Of a DNA stretch of 64,000 nt, positions 41,043-52,843 are shown in pieces. Both the position numbers and the translations under genes were made by a program. The notes under the pieces were generated by a model, which was not told the origin of the DNA, did no database searches, and was given only the letters and a program-made list of their open reading frames with translations. Positions within the stretch are counted from its first letter, which is position 1. Each line of letters starts with the position of its first letter. Source of the DNA: Auanema rhodensis (taxonomy: Eukaryota > Animalia > Nematoda); assembly GCA_964057225.1 (NCBI GenBank), contig OZ059896.1, positions 14,508,001-14,572,000 on the forward strand. Direction: 5' to 3'.

Positions 41043-44000
41043 ATGAAACTTCTCGTTCTCGTTGGCCTCTTGGGGCTAACCCTGGCTAGTCTGCCATCTT
41101 TCGAGAGACGCGATATCAACGAAGTCGAATTCCGCTCCGAGCGTGAATACCGTTATCTCTTCGATGGACATCTCTCTACTGCTTTACCTGTCTCTGAAAG
41201 CCAGAAGGCTATCACTCGTATCCAATCTCTTGTCAGCATCCAACCTGAATCTTCTGAATATTGGTTCCGCATGCAATTGAGAAATCTCCGCTGGGCTACT
41301 AGCCAGGAAGAGGTCGACACCCTCAGAATGCTCCCATTCGAGAGCATGGAGGAGGTCACCCTCGAGAAGGTAATATAAACTTCCTCTTTTCTAATTCATC
41401 TTCCTTGTTTCAGGAGCAAGAACGTCTTCTCTCCCTCCCAATCCGCTTCAACTACAAGCACGGACTTGTCGGAGATGTCGAATTCGACGGAGAAGAGCTC
41501 GCCTGGTCCAAGAACATCAAGAAGTCCATCGTCAACATGCTCCAGGTATTCAGAATCTCTTCCTATAGTTTTCTAATCTTTTGAAATTCAGATCAACTAC
41601 GTTAAGAAGGGAGTTGAGATGCGCGACCACATGACCGAGGAAGAAGACATCCACAAGAACGACTACTTCACCGTTGTCGAGGTAAATGCCATCTGAGCTT
41701 AACCCAAAAACCTTTTGAACTTCAGCGTACCCTCGAAGGAGAGTGCGAGGTTGCCTACACCAGAATCGAAGAATCCAAGGAATTCGAACAATGGACCAAG
41801 TCCGTCAACTTCGACAAGTGCAACATCCGCCCAGAAGTCCGTTACGGACGCCGCTTCGTCGAGAAGTGCGAAGAATGCGAGAAGACCGTCGCTGACGAGA
41901 AGCTCTCTTCCACCGTCATGACCTTCAACCTCACTCACGGACGCACTGAGAACAAGTTCCTCATCCGCGACGTCGAACTCCGTTCCCAACACTTGTTCGC
42001 CCCAATCGCCGACAAGAACCAACTCCTCGTCTCCTACGTCTACAACAAGCTCAGCCTTGTCTACGCCGGAGAGGTCGAGAAGACCATCGAGAAGATCCAA
42101 GTTGAAGAGAAGGAAACCCTCATCTACAACTCTGAGATGGAAATTGCCGAGGAGATGTTCGCTATGACCGGAGAAGAGAAATACCTTCGCCACATCCCCA
42201 TGTGGAGCAACAAGGTCGAGATGGTTAAGCAGATCTTCAACAAGATTGTCAAGGACCTCGAATCCGGAGTTGAACTCGAGACCACCCACCTCATCGCCCG
42301 CGTTGTCAAGGTTCTCCGTTTCTGCACTGAGCACGAGATCGAGAAGATCGAGCGCTTCTTGTACGACATGGAGAAGATGGAGGAGAAGACCGTTGAGAAG
42401 ATGCGTCACATCTTCTTCGACTCCCTTGCTCTTTCCGGAACCAAGGTCACCATCCGCCACCTTCTTGAGAAGATGACCAAGAAGCAAATGAACCCCATCA
42501 AGGCTTCTCAACTCTTCAAGATGCTCGCCGAGATCCGTGTCCCATCCGAATACATCGCTGAAGACGTCTACCGTTTCTGCGAGTCTGATGTTGCCCACCG
42601 CAACCCAGTCCTCCGTCAATCCTGCTGGCTCACCTACGGATCCATTGTCTCTGGATTCTGCGGAGACAACGAGGAGAAGATGGCCTACGAATTGAAGGAG
42701 AAGCTCTGCACTCGCTCCCTCAAGCAAAAGATCGTCGACCAACTCATCCGCAAGTTCAAGTCTGCCGAGACCCGCTACGAGAAGGTCCTCATGATCAAGA
42801 CCCTCTCCAACGCTGCCATTGACGTTTCCGTCTACAGCCTCAACACCATCATCGCTGACAAGATGGAAGAGAAGACCGTCCGCCTCCAAGCCATCGAGGC
42901 TCTCCGCCGTCTCCGCACCGTCATGCCACGCAAGATCCAATATGTCCTCATGCCAGTCTACAAGGACCGCATGGAGCTCCCAGAGATCCGCATGTCCGCC
43001 CTCAACATCATCCTCATGACCAGACCAGAGGAAGCCATCCTCAGCCAAGTTGTTGAACAAGTCATCGTTGAGCGCAGCCGTCAAGTCCGCGTCTTCACCT
43101 ACAACCTCCTCTCCACCCTCACCAAGTCCACCAACCCATGCGAGAAGGTCTTGGCCCTCCGTGTTTCCAAGGCTCTCCGCCTCATCCCAACTGAGCTTAA
43201 GCAAAACCTCTTGGACAGCCGCTTCAACAAGTGGACTCTCTACAACACCGAGTACATGACTGGAGCTACCTTCAACTGGGCTTCCATCTTCAGCTCTGAA
43301 TCTGTCCTCCCCAAGGAAATCATGGCTTCCCTCGACTCCGTCTTCGGAGGAGAATGGAACAAGTACTTGGCTCAAATCGGACTCTACCAAAACAACATGG
43401 ACGTCATCCTCAACAAGATGATCCGCAAGGTTGAGCAATCCGGACTTGAGACCCTTGTCGTCCGTGGAAAGAGATCCGCCACTTTCCGCCCAGTCGAGAT
43501 CCTCCGCACCATCGCCGAGAAGTTGAACATCAAGCGCCGTGAGATGAGCAACGACGAACCAGAGGCTCTCCTCTACTTCCGTTACAAGGACATGGACTAC
43601 GCTTTCCTTCCAATTGACATGGAAACCATCCCAGAGCTTTTCAAGAAGATCGCCCGCGAGGGAAGAATCGAGCTTGGAGACATTGAGCGTGTTCTCTCCC
43701 ACGGATTCCACTACACCCTTTCCGGAGCCGTCTTCGTTCACGAGACCATCCGCAAGATCCCAACTGCCCTCGGTATGCCAATCGTTCTTGGATCCAAGAT
43801 GCCAACCCTCGCTACCGTCACTGGACACATCAAGGTTGAATTCGAGCCCAAGAGCTCTGACCGCTTCAACGGACTCCGCCTCCACCTTGTTGCCAAGCCA
43901 GAGGTTGCTTCCACTCACGTCATCAAGCTTGAAGCCCGCACTCCAGTTGTCTACTCCGGAGTCAAGCTTCTCCACGGAGCCAAGATCAACACCCCCATCG

Positions 44001-46288
44001 ATCTTCAAATGTTCGTCAACTGGGAAGACAAGCTCACCCTCAAGACCGTCTTCAAGGTTCCAGAGACCAAGAGACACATTGTCCACCTCATGACCCGCCC
44101 AGTCACCTACGTCGCCGTCTGGGACAAGGAAACCCGTCACTACCCCGAAACCATCGAGAAGACCATCTACCTCAAGGATTCTCGCTACCCAGTTGAGACT
44201 ATTGAGCGTGAATACTTCGAGAAGACCGGAATGAAGGTTTTGGTTTCCGGAAGCATCCGTCGCCCATTCTTCCCACTCTACGCCACCGAGGAGCACAAGA
44301 CTGTTCTTATCGGAGACAACCTCATCAACATCTGGTACGAGCCCATGACTGAGAAGGTCCGCGAGATCGTCTTCCACATGGAAATGGACGTCTTCGAGCC
44401 AGTCAAGAGAATGGAAAGCCCAACTTTCGAAAACTTCTATGAGAAGAAGTCCATGAACAAGAGATACGAGACCGAGGAGGAAGACTTCGAGGTTGAGATG
44501 ACCGACTACAAGACTGAGACTGAGAGCGAACGCCGCAACGTCTTCGCCAAGTACGTCAAGAACCTTGAGATCGTCAAGGCTTACAAGCACAGACTCTCCT
44601 TCAAGCTTGAGACTGTCGGAGATATCAAGAACAAGCTCGAGACTGAGGTCCGCGCCATCTGCGACGACAAGATCCGTTACTGCCGTGTCCACTTTGAGGC
44701 CCGTCGCACTCCCTTCGGAGAGGAATCCCGCGAGTGGGAACTCAAGGCTTTGATCCAAACCCTCTACCCAGAGATGCCAATGACCTTCAAGCAAATGTTC
44801 GATCAAATGCACCGTGAATTCATCGGAAACATGGAAATCCAATGGGGATCTGAGGAGAAGTACACCATGAACCTCAAGCTCCAAGGACAACAAAGCCGTG
44901 ACCAAAAGATCTGGATGAAGAAGGTTGAGCGCGAGCAAAACGGACTTACCGAGACCGAGAAGCTCATCGAGGCCGCCAAGTTGAACCAATACAAGCTTGT
45001 TGCTGAGCACAAGATCAGCCCAATGCACAAGATGTACCTCCGCAACTTCCTTTCTCTCCTCAAGAGCTGGAACTTCATGAACACCCAAGTTGAGTTCACC
45101 AACAAGATGTACGAAGGACGCATGGAGGCTAAGCTCACCATCGAGCCAATCAGCCGCCGCTTCTGCGACATCGTCATTGAGACCCCAGAGCAACGTGTTC
45201 TCTTCCGCAACATCGTCGTTCCATTCGAGCTCCCAACCCTCAACATCCGCCGTCACTACGGATCTATCAACTCCATGAAGCACATCGCTGAGAAGATCGA
45301 GAAGGAGACCCGCGCTGAATGCGTCGTCAAGAGCAACGAGATCAAGACCTTCGATAACCTCTTCTACAGACTTCCAATGGTTCCATGCCAAACTGTTCTT
45401 GCCAAGGATTGCTCCTCTGAGATCCCCAAGTTCACCGTTCTTATGGAGAAGGTTGCCAAGAACACCGAAGAGAAGATCCTCACCATCCACCACGAGAAGA
45501 ACAGCATCGAACTCGAATTGAAGAGAGAGAAGATGATCGTTAAGGTCAACGGAGAAATCATCAAGTCTGAGGAAGAGTTGGAGAACTTCGGAATCTTCAT
45601 CATCACTGAGAAGCTCTACAAGATCGATCTTGAAGACGTTCTCGTCACCTTCGACGGAATCCACGCCAAGATTCAACTCTCTGCTCTTTACAAGAACAAG
45701 CAATGCGGAATCTGCGGACACTACGACAACGAGGTTTGTTCTAATTGCCCAGCATCACTATTGTGAATTCTATTTCATTCCAGGAAACTAACGAGTTCCG
45801 TCGTGCTGACAACATCGAGACCACCGACCTCATGGAGTTCCACAAGAGCTTCTTGCACAAGAACCAAAGATGCGAGATGGACGAGTACGAGCTCAACAAG
45901 GAGTCCAACTACAAGATTCTCCGTGAGGAGACCAGCAGCAGCGAGGAAGAGCTTATGAACGAGTACGAAGGTACAGCTTGTTTCTTATCGAATCGCAACC
46001 CAACTTTGTTTTTTTTCAGAGCCCGAGCTCCGCACTCGCGTTCTTGAGCGTGGACACCGCATGTGCTTCTCCGAGATGCCAGTTAAGAGCTGCCGCACTG
46101 AGAAGAAGGAATTCGAAACCACCTACAAGCAAATGACCTTCAGATGCCTTCGCAAGTCTCTCCCAGTTGTTGAGAAGATGATGCGCGAACTCCGCAAGGA
46201 GAAGGTCTTGACCACCGACATGCTTGAGGAGATCGAAGAGACCTACGAGCACAAGATCCGCGTCCCAAAGATGTGCCTTGCTTATTAA
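41043..46288 (+). CDS. vit-6: Vitellogenin, vit-6 type (copy C); exons 41043-41369, 41414-41545, 41592-41681, 41726-45733, 45784-45970, 46020-46288; 1670 aa
   Basis: All six exons join in frame through GT-AG introns; domains as in copy A; strongly optimal codon usage. Confidence 0.96.
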
Positions 46289-46461
46289 ACTAATTTTCTT
46301 ATAGTTTAAATGAAATTTTCTTATATTTTATATTTTCTTCACATAATTAGCATAAATACCATACAATTAGTACAATAATTACGTAAAACACCTGAAAACC
46401 TCGGAAGGAATATCCAAAACCATCATTTCAGTCAAACATCGCGTGACCAATGAGGCTTCTA

Positions 46462-47708
46462 TTTTCCGGAAATACGGTTTATACCAAGCCCAACCACGAG
46501 AATGTTCACAAAAAAGTTCAGGCTGTGTACACGATGTGACCGGTGATTCCCCCTTTTTCTCCTCGATTATGAAATATATTCAATCACAAATATGCTGAAC
46601 TTGGGTATTCAAATCTGCAGAATCTGAATATTCAACTTAGATTTGACTAGGTTCTCTCCATTTTCCGTAAATACGGTTTATTCCGAGCCTATCCACAAGA
46701 TTGTTCACAAAAAAGTTCAGGCTGTGTACACGATGTGACCGGTGATTCACCCTTTTTCTCCTCGATTATGAAATATATTCAATTACAAATATGCTGAACT
46801 TGGGTATTCAAATCTGCAGAATCTGAATATTCAACTTAGATTTGGCTAGGTTTTCTCCATTTTCCGTAAATACGGTTTATTCCGAGCCTATCCACAAGAT
46901 TGTTCACAAAAAAGTTCAGGCTGTGTACACGATGTGACCGGTGATTCACCCTTTTTCTCCTCGATTATGAAATATATTCAATTACAAATATGCTGAACTT
47001 GGGTATTCAAATCTGCAGAATCTGAATATTCAACTTAGATTTGGCTAGGTTTTCTCCATTTTCCGTAAATACGGTTTATTCCGAGCCTATCCACAAGATT
47101 GTTCACAAAAAAGTTCAGGCTGTGTACACGATGTGACCGGTGATTCACCCTTTTTCTCCTCGATTATGAAATATATTCAATTACAAATATGCTGAACTTG
47201 GGTATTCAAATCTGCAGAATCTGAATATTCAACTTAGATTTGACTAGGTTCTCTCCATTTTCCGTAAATACGGTTTATTCCGAGCCTATCCACAAGATTG
47301 TTCACAAAAAAGTTCAGGCTGTGTACACGATGTGACCGGTGATTCACCCTTTTTCTCCTCGATTATGAAATATATTCAATTACAAATATGCTGAACTTGG
47401 GTATTCAAATCTGCAGAATCTGAATATTCAACTTAGATTTGACTAGGTTCTCTCCATTTTCCGTAAATACGGTTTATTCCGAGCCTATCCACAAGATTGT
47501 TCACAAAAAAGTTCAGGCTGTGTACACGATGTGACCGGTGATTCACCCTTTTTCTCCTCGATTATGAAATATATTCAATTACAAATATGCTGAACTTGGG
47601 TATTCAAATCTGCAGAATCTGAATATTCAACTTAGATTTGGCTAGGTTCTCTCCATTTTCCGTAAATACGGTTTATTCCGAGCCTATCCACAAAAATGTT
47701 CACAAAAA
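46462..47708. repeat. 199-bp tandem satellite, about 6.3 copies
   Basis: TTTTCCG(T/G)AAATACGGTTTA recurs at 46462, 46661, 46860, 47059, 47258, 47457 and 47656. Confidence 0.95.
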
Positions 47709-49037
47709 TCGGTATAAACCGTTTTTCCTGTAAGCCAGTTTGTTTTTCTATTGCATTTGTCAAAATAAATATAATAACTTGGTTGGCGTACTGAAAAACC
47801 TATCTGGTTTTCGATCGTTCGATCGTTTCTGATGAAGACGGTTTGTTTAGGTGTTTTTCTTCTTAAGATAGACCTTGATCGCTTCGTCTACTAAAGATGG
47901 GCGAGAAAGGGTTTAGTTCTTTCGAAGGTTGAAACTGAACACAGAGCGGTTTCTCTCTCTCCGATAAGTTTTGACCAATAGTTGAAGTTTTCTACTTTAC
48001 CAATTTTACGGTGTTCTTGTCCTGTTATTGTGAAAACACGATATAGAGAGAAAACTTTATTAATTCAACAATGACACACACCTGAATATATAAAATTATC
48101 TTTTTTCCACCTAATTCGGTTACTACTGTGTTAGTATTTTTTCTTTTCTTTTAATTTAGATGGGTAAAAATAAAATTTTATTAAAGTATTTTCTTGTGAA
48201 TATTTATTTATACGTATAGTTAATTAAATTTTATCGTAATAATAAACTATTGATGACGTGTATCAGATATCTTACTACTTAAAGCTATTGTAGTTATTGT
48301 CTTTTTATAAAATGGATTGAATTTTCGTCTAACTATATCTCTAACCTAAAATAATAAATTTTTATTTAAAAACAGAGAATTTAACTAAAACCTCCTTATT
48401 AGCTAAAAGATATATTAAAGCATTAGCACAACTATTACATGACATACTAATCGATGGTATAAGAAACCATACATATGATGAATTTGTTTTAAAAACAAAA
48501 TATGGATATATACGAAAGAATAGCCAACAAATAAAATAAAAAATGGAAATTGCACCAAATTGAAGAGCATATCTATAAAAATTATTATTTATATAATTAA
48601 TATAATTAAGATCATTACTTATATTCTTTGTTTCTTCTTTTATTTCGATTTATTGTACTAATATTTGCTTTATTAGTTGAATTTCTAACATGTATCATTA
48701 ACTAAAAAGAATCAATTATATTATATTACTTTGAATTTCAAAATAGTCCATTTATCCGATATTCTAGAAATACGACCGTTCCTTCTAATTTGGTTTTGAA
48801 AAATGACGTCATTTCACGTGGAACAATCTTCCATAATATGCTAATCAGCCTTATCAGGCATTCAAAAATTGCGTATATCACCCATGTTTCAGGGAATATC
48901 GCGGGTAATTGGGAAAAGTTTTCAACCAGCAATAAACGCACCTCGGCAAAGCCTCATTGGTCACGTTATCGCCACTGCGCAAAGCTATCCCATAAAGTCT
49001 GGGAAAACTAAAGAGTTCCTGGTTATACGTATATCAT

Positions 49038-49589
49038 ATGGGTGAGAGTACATTTTAATTTATTAATGTTTGCCTTTTACTGTACAACAGTTACATTACG
49101 GTATGTTCTGTTATATAGTAGTAAGAATATTGAAAATAGTATCTGAAATTAATAAGAACTTACCGATATATAGCAAATTGCACATATAGTCGAAGTTAAT
49201 ATGTTACTAACTATATCAACATAAACAGATGAATAGTTAGGAACTCCTTCTATTATATCATATGAAAGAGAATAATATGTTAAATCAAACAATAATCTAG
49301 AATAACATAAATATTTTTTTTCTTTCTTTTTAAATTGGTTAAATATTTTTTTCAAAACTCACCGACAACATGGTAGTAAATATTGTGTAAGTACTACAAG
49401 AAACATACTAAAAACTATTTGTAAAACAACACATCGATTAACTATGTGACGTGTAAAAATTTGAAATCTTGGTAAACAAACAACAACAAATCTAAATATT
49501 TTTTTCTATTAAATGTTTAAAAAAAGCTTAGAACAATGTTGCTATACCTATTAATAGCCATGAGAATATGACATGATGAAATAGCATGC
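49038..49589 (+). pseudogene. Probable decayed insulin-like peptide gene
   Basis: Signal-like exon RVHFNLLMFAFYCTTVTL before a GTATGT donor; B-chain-like KYCVSTTRNILKTIC (C-x11-C, 49384-49422); A-chain-like LEQCCYTY (49528-49551), then stops and a frameshifted [TGA]EYDMMK-AC. Confidence 0.35.
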
Positions 49590-50373
49590 CAACAAAAGAC
49601 AAGAGCATCTCTTAAAATTGATAAATTTAAAGAATATTTTCCGTCTGGAAATAGATAATCCTATAAAATAAATAATATATTATATATTATTGATTTAAAT
49701 TACTTTTTTAATTAACATAGGTAACATATATCCCATATATATGATTAAAAGAATACATTCAAAGCAAAGATTTGATAATGATATTATATAAATTGGTGAT
49801 ATTCTTTTTCTGAAAAATAAAATGAATAAAATTTAATTGAAAATGAGAAAAATATTGAAAAGTTTACTTGTATGCTAATATTGTTACAGGATATATAGCT
49901 AATATAGTTAATAGAAATCCAAAAAGTGTAGTTAGTCCAAAAACGGTTAAAAGCGTAGTTTCGAGCATTGCTCAAATCAAGAAGCTTCAGAGTTGCAAAA
50001 ATTGAGTTGTAACTTTAAGAGATAACTTGAATTAGCAGATGTTTATATTGAAGAAAATAAAAAAAGCTGATCTAAATAAAAAATGGGTCTCAAGAGGAAC
50101 AATTATATCAATGTTTTTTAATTTCAATCAGATGTTTGTTTTTTGTCTTCAAATTAAATATTTCTTCACTGCAAATTTGTATAACTTCCTTTTTTTCAAA
50201 AAATAAGATAATAATTATAAATTTATAAAAAAATTCATTACAATGTCTTCATGATGAAAACATTTTACTTGCTGATTTACTTATAATAACTTCTAATTTT
50301 ATTGATTTACTTGAAGTTGAAATATATTTTAATGATCAGAACAATTAAATAAGAAATGTTTGAAAAAAGAAAA

Positions 50374-50425
50374 TTGAACTCTGGCGTAATCCTAAGTGCA
50401 AACTGCTACACCTCAGAACCGACGT
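50374..50425 (-). pseudogene. Degenerate tRNA-Gln relic lacking most of the anticodon arm
   Basis: TTGAACTC...TCCTAAGTGCAAACTGCTACACCTCAGAACCGACGT aligns with the array unit TTGAACTC...TCCTGAGTGCTAACCGCTACACCACGGAACCGACGT. Confidence 0.7.
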
Positions 50426-50505
50426 CTGAAGTCGAAAGACTCTGTCTTAATAAATTTTGTGTTACGATCTTTAAAAAAAAACACACCTTCTGAAAAGGAA
50501 AAGGT

Positions 50506-50577
50506 AGGTTCCGCCGAGATTTGAACTCGGGTCGCAGGATTCAAAGTCCTGAGTGCTAACCGCTACACCACGGAACC
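50506..50577 (-). tRNA. tRNA-Gln(TTG) copy 1
   Basis: GGTTCCGTGGTGTAGCGGTTAGCACTCAGGACTTTGAATCCTGCGACCCGAGTTCAAATCTCGGCGGAACCT: 72-nt cloverleaf, anticodon TTG, intact A and B boxes. Confidence 0.96.
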
Positions 50578-50672
50578 GACGTTCAGGTGCTATTAGCACT
50601 GTTCCAACATCTTTCTTCACGAACCCTTCTCGAAAAGAATTTAAACCGATCAAGTGCTGAAAAGGAAAAGGT

Positions 50673-50744
50673 AGGTTCCGCCGAGATTTGAACTCGGGTC
50701 GCAGGATTCAAAGTCCTGAGTGCTAACCGCTACACCACGGAACC
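50673..50744 (-). tRNA. tRNA-Gln(TTG) copy 2
   Basis: Same sequence as copy 1. Confidence 0.94.
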
Positions 50745-50839
50745 GACGTTCAGGTGCTATTAGCACTGTTCCAACATCTTTCTTCACGAACTCTTTTCGA
50801 AAAGAATTTAAACCGATCAAGTGCTGAAAAGGAAAAGGT

Positions 50840-50911
50840 AGGTTCCGCCGAGATTTGAACTCGGGTCGCAGGATTCAAAGTCCTGAGTGCTAACCGCTAC
50901 ACCACGGAACC
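50840..50911 (-). tRNA. tRNA-Gln(TTG) copy 3
   Basis: Same sequence as copy 1. Confidence 0.94.
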
Positions 50912-51006
50912 GACGTTTAGATGCTATTAGCACTGTTCCAACATCTTTCTTCACGAACCCTTCTCGAAAAGAATTTAAACCGATCAAGTGCTGAAAAGGA
51001 AAAGGT

Positions 51007-51078
51007 AGGTTCCGCCGAGATTTGAACTCGGGTCGCAGGATTCAAAGTCCTGAGTGCTAACCGCTACACCACGGAACC
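51007..51078 (-). tRNA. tRNA-Gln(TTG) copy 4
   Basis: Same sequence as copy 1. Confidence 0.94.
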
Positions 51079-51173
51079 GACGTTCAGGTGCTATTAGCAC
51101 TGTTCCAACATCTTTCTTCACGAACTCTTTTCGAAAAGAATTTAAACCGATCAAGTGCTGAAAAGGAAAAGGT

Positions 51174-51245
51174 AGGTTCCGCCGAGATTTGAACTCGGGT
51201 CGCAGGATTCAAAGTCCTGAGTGCTAACCGCTACACCACGGAACC
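51174..51245 (-). tRNA. tRNA-Gln(TTG) copy 5
   Basis: Same sequence as copy 1. Confidence 0.94.
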
Positions 51246-51340
51246 GACGTTCAGGTGCTATTAGCACTGTTCCAACATCTTTCTTCACGAACTCTTTTCG
51301 AAAAGAATTTAAACCGATCAAGTGCTGAAAAGGAAAAGGT

Positions 51341-51412
51341 AGGTTCCGCCGAGATTTGAACTCGGGTCGCAGGATTCAAAGTCCTGAGTGCTAACCGCTA
51401 CACCACGGAACC
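51341..51412 (-). tRNA. tRNA-Gln(TTG) copy 6
   Basis: Same sequence as copy 1. Confidence 0.94.
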
Positions 51413-51507
51413 GACGTTCAGATGCTATTAGCACTGTTCCAACATCTTTCTTCACGAACCCTTCTCGAAAAGAATTTAAACCGATCAAGTGCTGAAAAGG
51501 AAAAGGT

Positions 51508-51579
51508 AGGTTCCGCCGAGATTTGAACTCGGGTCGCAGGATTCAAAGTCCTGAGTGCTAACCGCTACACCACGGAACC
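51508..51579 (-). tRNA. tRNA-Gln(TTG) copy 7
   Basis: Same sequence as copy 1. Confidence 0.94.
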
Positions 51580-51674
51580 GACGTTCAGATGCTATTAGCA
51601 CTGTTCCAACATCTTTCTTCACGAACTCTTTTCGAAAAGAATTTAAACCGATCAAGTGCTGAAAAGGAAAAGGT

Positions 51675-51746
51675 AGGTTCCGCCGAGATTTGAACTCGGG
51701 TCGCAGGATTCAAAGTCCTGAGTGCTAACCGCTACACCACGGAACC
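51675..51746 (-). tRNA. tRNA-Gln(TTG) copy 8
   Basis: Same sequence as copy 1. Confidence 0.94.
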
Positions 51747-51841
51747 GACGTTCATATGCTATTAGCACTATTCCAACATCTTTCTTCACGAACCCTTCTC
51801 GAAAAGAATTTAAACCGATCAAGTGCTGAAAAGGAAAAGGA

Positions 51842-51913
51842 AGGTTCCGCCGAGATTTGAACTCGGGTCGCAGGATTCAAAGTCCTGAGTGCTAACCGCT
51901 ACACCACGGAACC
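51842..51913 (-). tRNA. tRNA-Gln(TTG) copy 9
   Basis: Same sequence as copy 1. Confidence 0.94.
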
Positions 51914-52008
51914 GACGTTCATATGCTATTAGCACTATTCCAACATCTTTCTTCACGAACCCTTCTCGAAAAGAATTTAAACCGATCAAGTGCTGAAAAG
52001 GAAAAGGA

Positions 52009-52080
52009 AGGTTCCGCCGAGATTTGAACTCGGGTCGCAGGATTCAAAGTCCTGAGTGCTAACCGCTACACCACGGAACC
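52009..52080 (-). tRNA. tRNA-Gln(TTG) copy 10
   Basis: Same sequence as copy 1. Confidence 0.94.
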
Positions 52081-52175
52081 GACGTTCAGATGCTATTAGC
52101 ACTGTTCCAACATCTTTCTTCACGAACTCTTTTCGAAAAGAATTTAAACCGATCAAGTGCTGAAAAGGAAAAGGT

Positions 52176-52247
52176 AGGTTCCGCCGAGATTTGAACTCGG
52201 GTCGCAGGATTCAAAGTCCTGAGTGCTAACCGCTACACCACGGAACC
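52176..52247 (-). tRNA. tRNA-Gln(TTG) copy 11
   Basis: Same sequence as copy 1. Confidence 0.94.
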
Positions 52248-52342
52248 GACGTTCAGGTGCTATTAGCACTGTTCCAACATCTTTCTTCACGAACTCTTTT
52301 CGAAAAGAATTTAAACCGATCAAGTGCTGAAAAGGAAAAGGT

Positions 52343-52414
52343 AGGTTCCGCCGAGATTTGAACTCGGGTCGCAGGATTCAAAGTCCTGAGTGCTAACCGC
52401 TACACCACGGAACC
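52343..52414 (-). tRNA. tRNA-Gln(TTG) copy 12
   Basis: Same sequence as copy 1. Confidence 0.94.
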
Positions 52415-52509
52415 GACGTTCATATGCTATTAGCACTATTCCAACATCTTTCTTCACGAACCCTTCTCGAAAAGAATTTAAACCGATCAAGTGCTGAAAA
52501 GGAAAAGGA

Positions 52510-52581
52510 AGGTTCCGCCGAGATTTGAACTCGGGTCGCAGGATTCAAAGTCCTGAGTGCTAACCGCTACACCACGGAACC
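52510..52581 (-). tRNA. tRNA-Gln(TTG) copy 13
   Basis: Same sequence as copy 1. Confidence 0.94.
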
Positions 52582-52676
52582 GACGTTCAGGTGCTATTAG
52601 CACTGTTCCAACATCTTTCTTCACGAACCCTTCTCGAAAAGAATTTAAACCGATCAAGTGCTGAAAAGGAAAAGGT

Positions 52677-52748
52677 AGGTTCCGCCGAGATTTGAACTCG
52701 GGTCGCAGGATTCAAAGTCCTGAGTGCTAACCGCTACACCACGGAACC
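52677..52748 (-). tRNA. tRNA-Gln(TTG) copy 14
   Basis: Same sequence as copy 1. Confidence 0.94.
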
Positions 52749-52843
52749 GACGTTCAGGTGCTATTAGCACTGTTCCAACATCTTTCTTCACGAACTCTTT
52801 TCGAAAAGAATTTAAACCGATCAAGTGCTGAAAAGGAAAAGGA

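Larger units (their letters stand above)
35178..46442. repeat. Large palindrome: inverted arms 35178-40683 and 40939-46442 (~5.5 kb each) with a 255-bp spacer
   Basis: Arm coordinates are symmetric (sum 81622 across the genes) and the translated ORFs are identical. There is one promoter SNP and a few changes in the 3' flank. Confidence 0.95.

Noticed and set aside
28749-46252. Many short Ser/Pro/Arg-rich ORFs overlapping the vit genes
   Set aside because: Off-frame shadows of biased codon usage.
48360-48585. Weak resemblance to the 49380-49620 insulin-like relic
   Set aside because: Only short AT-rich matches and no cysteines.
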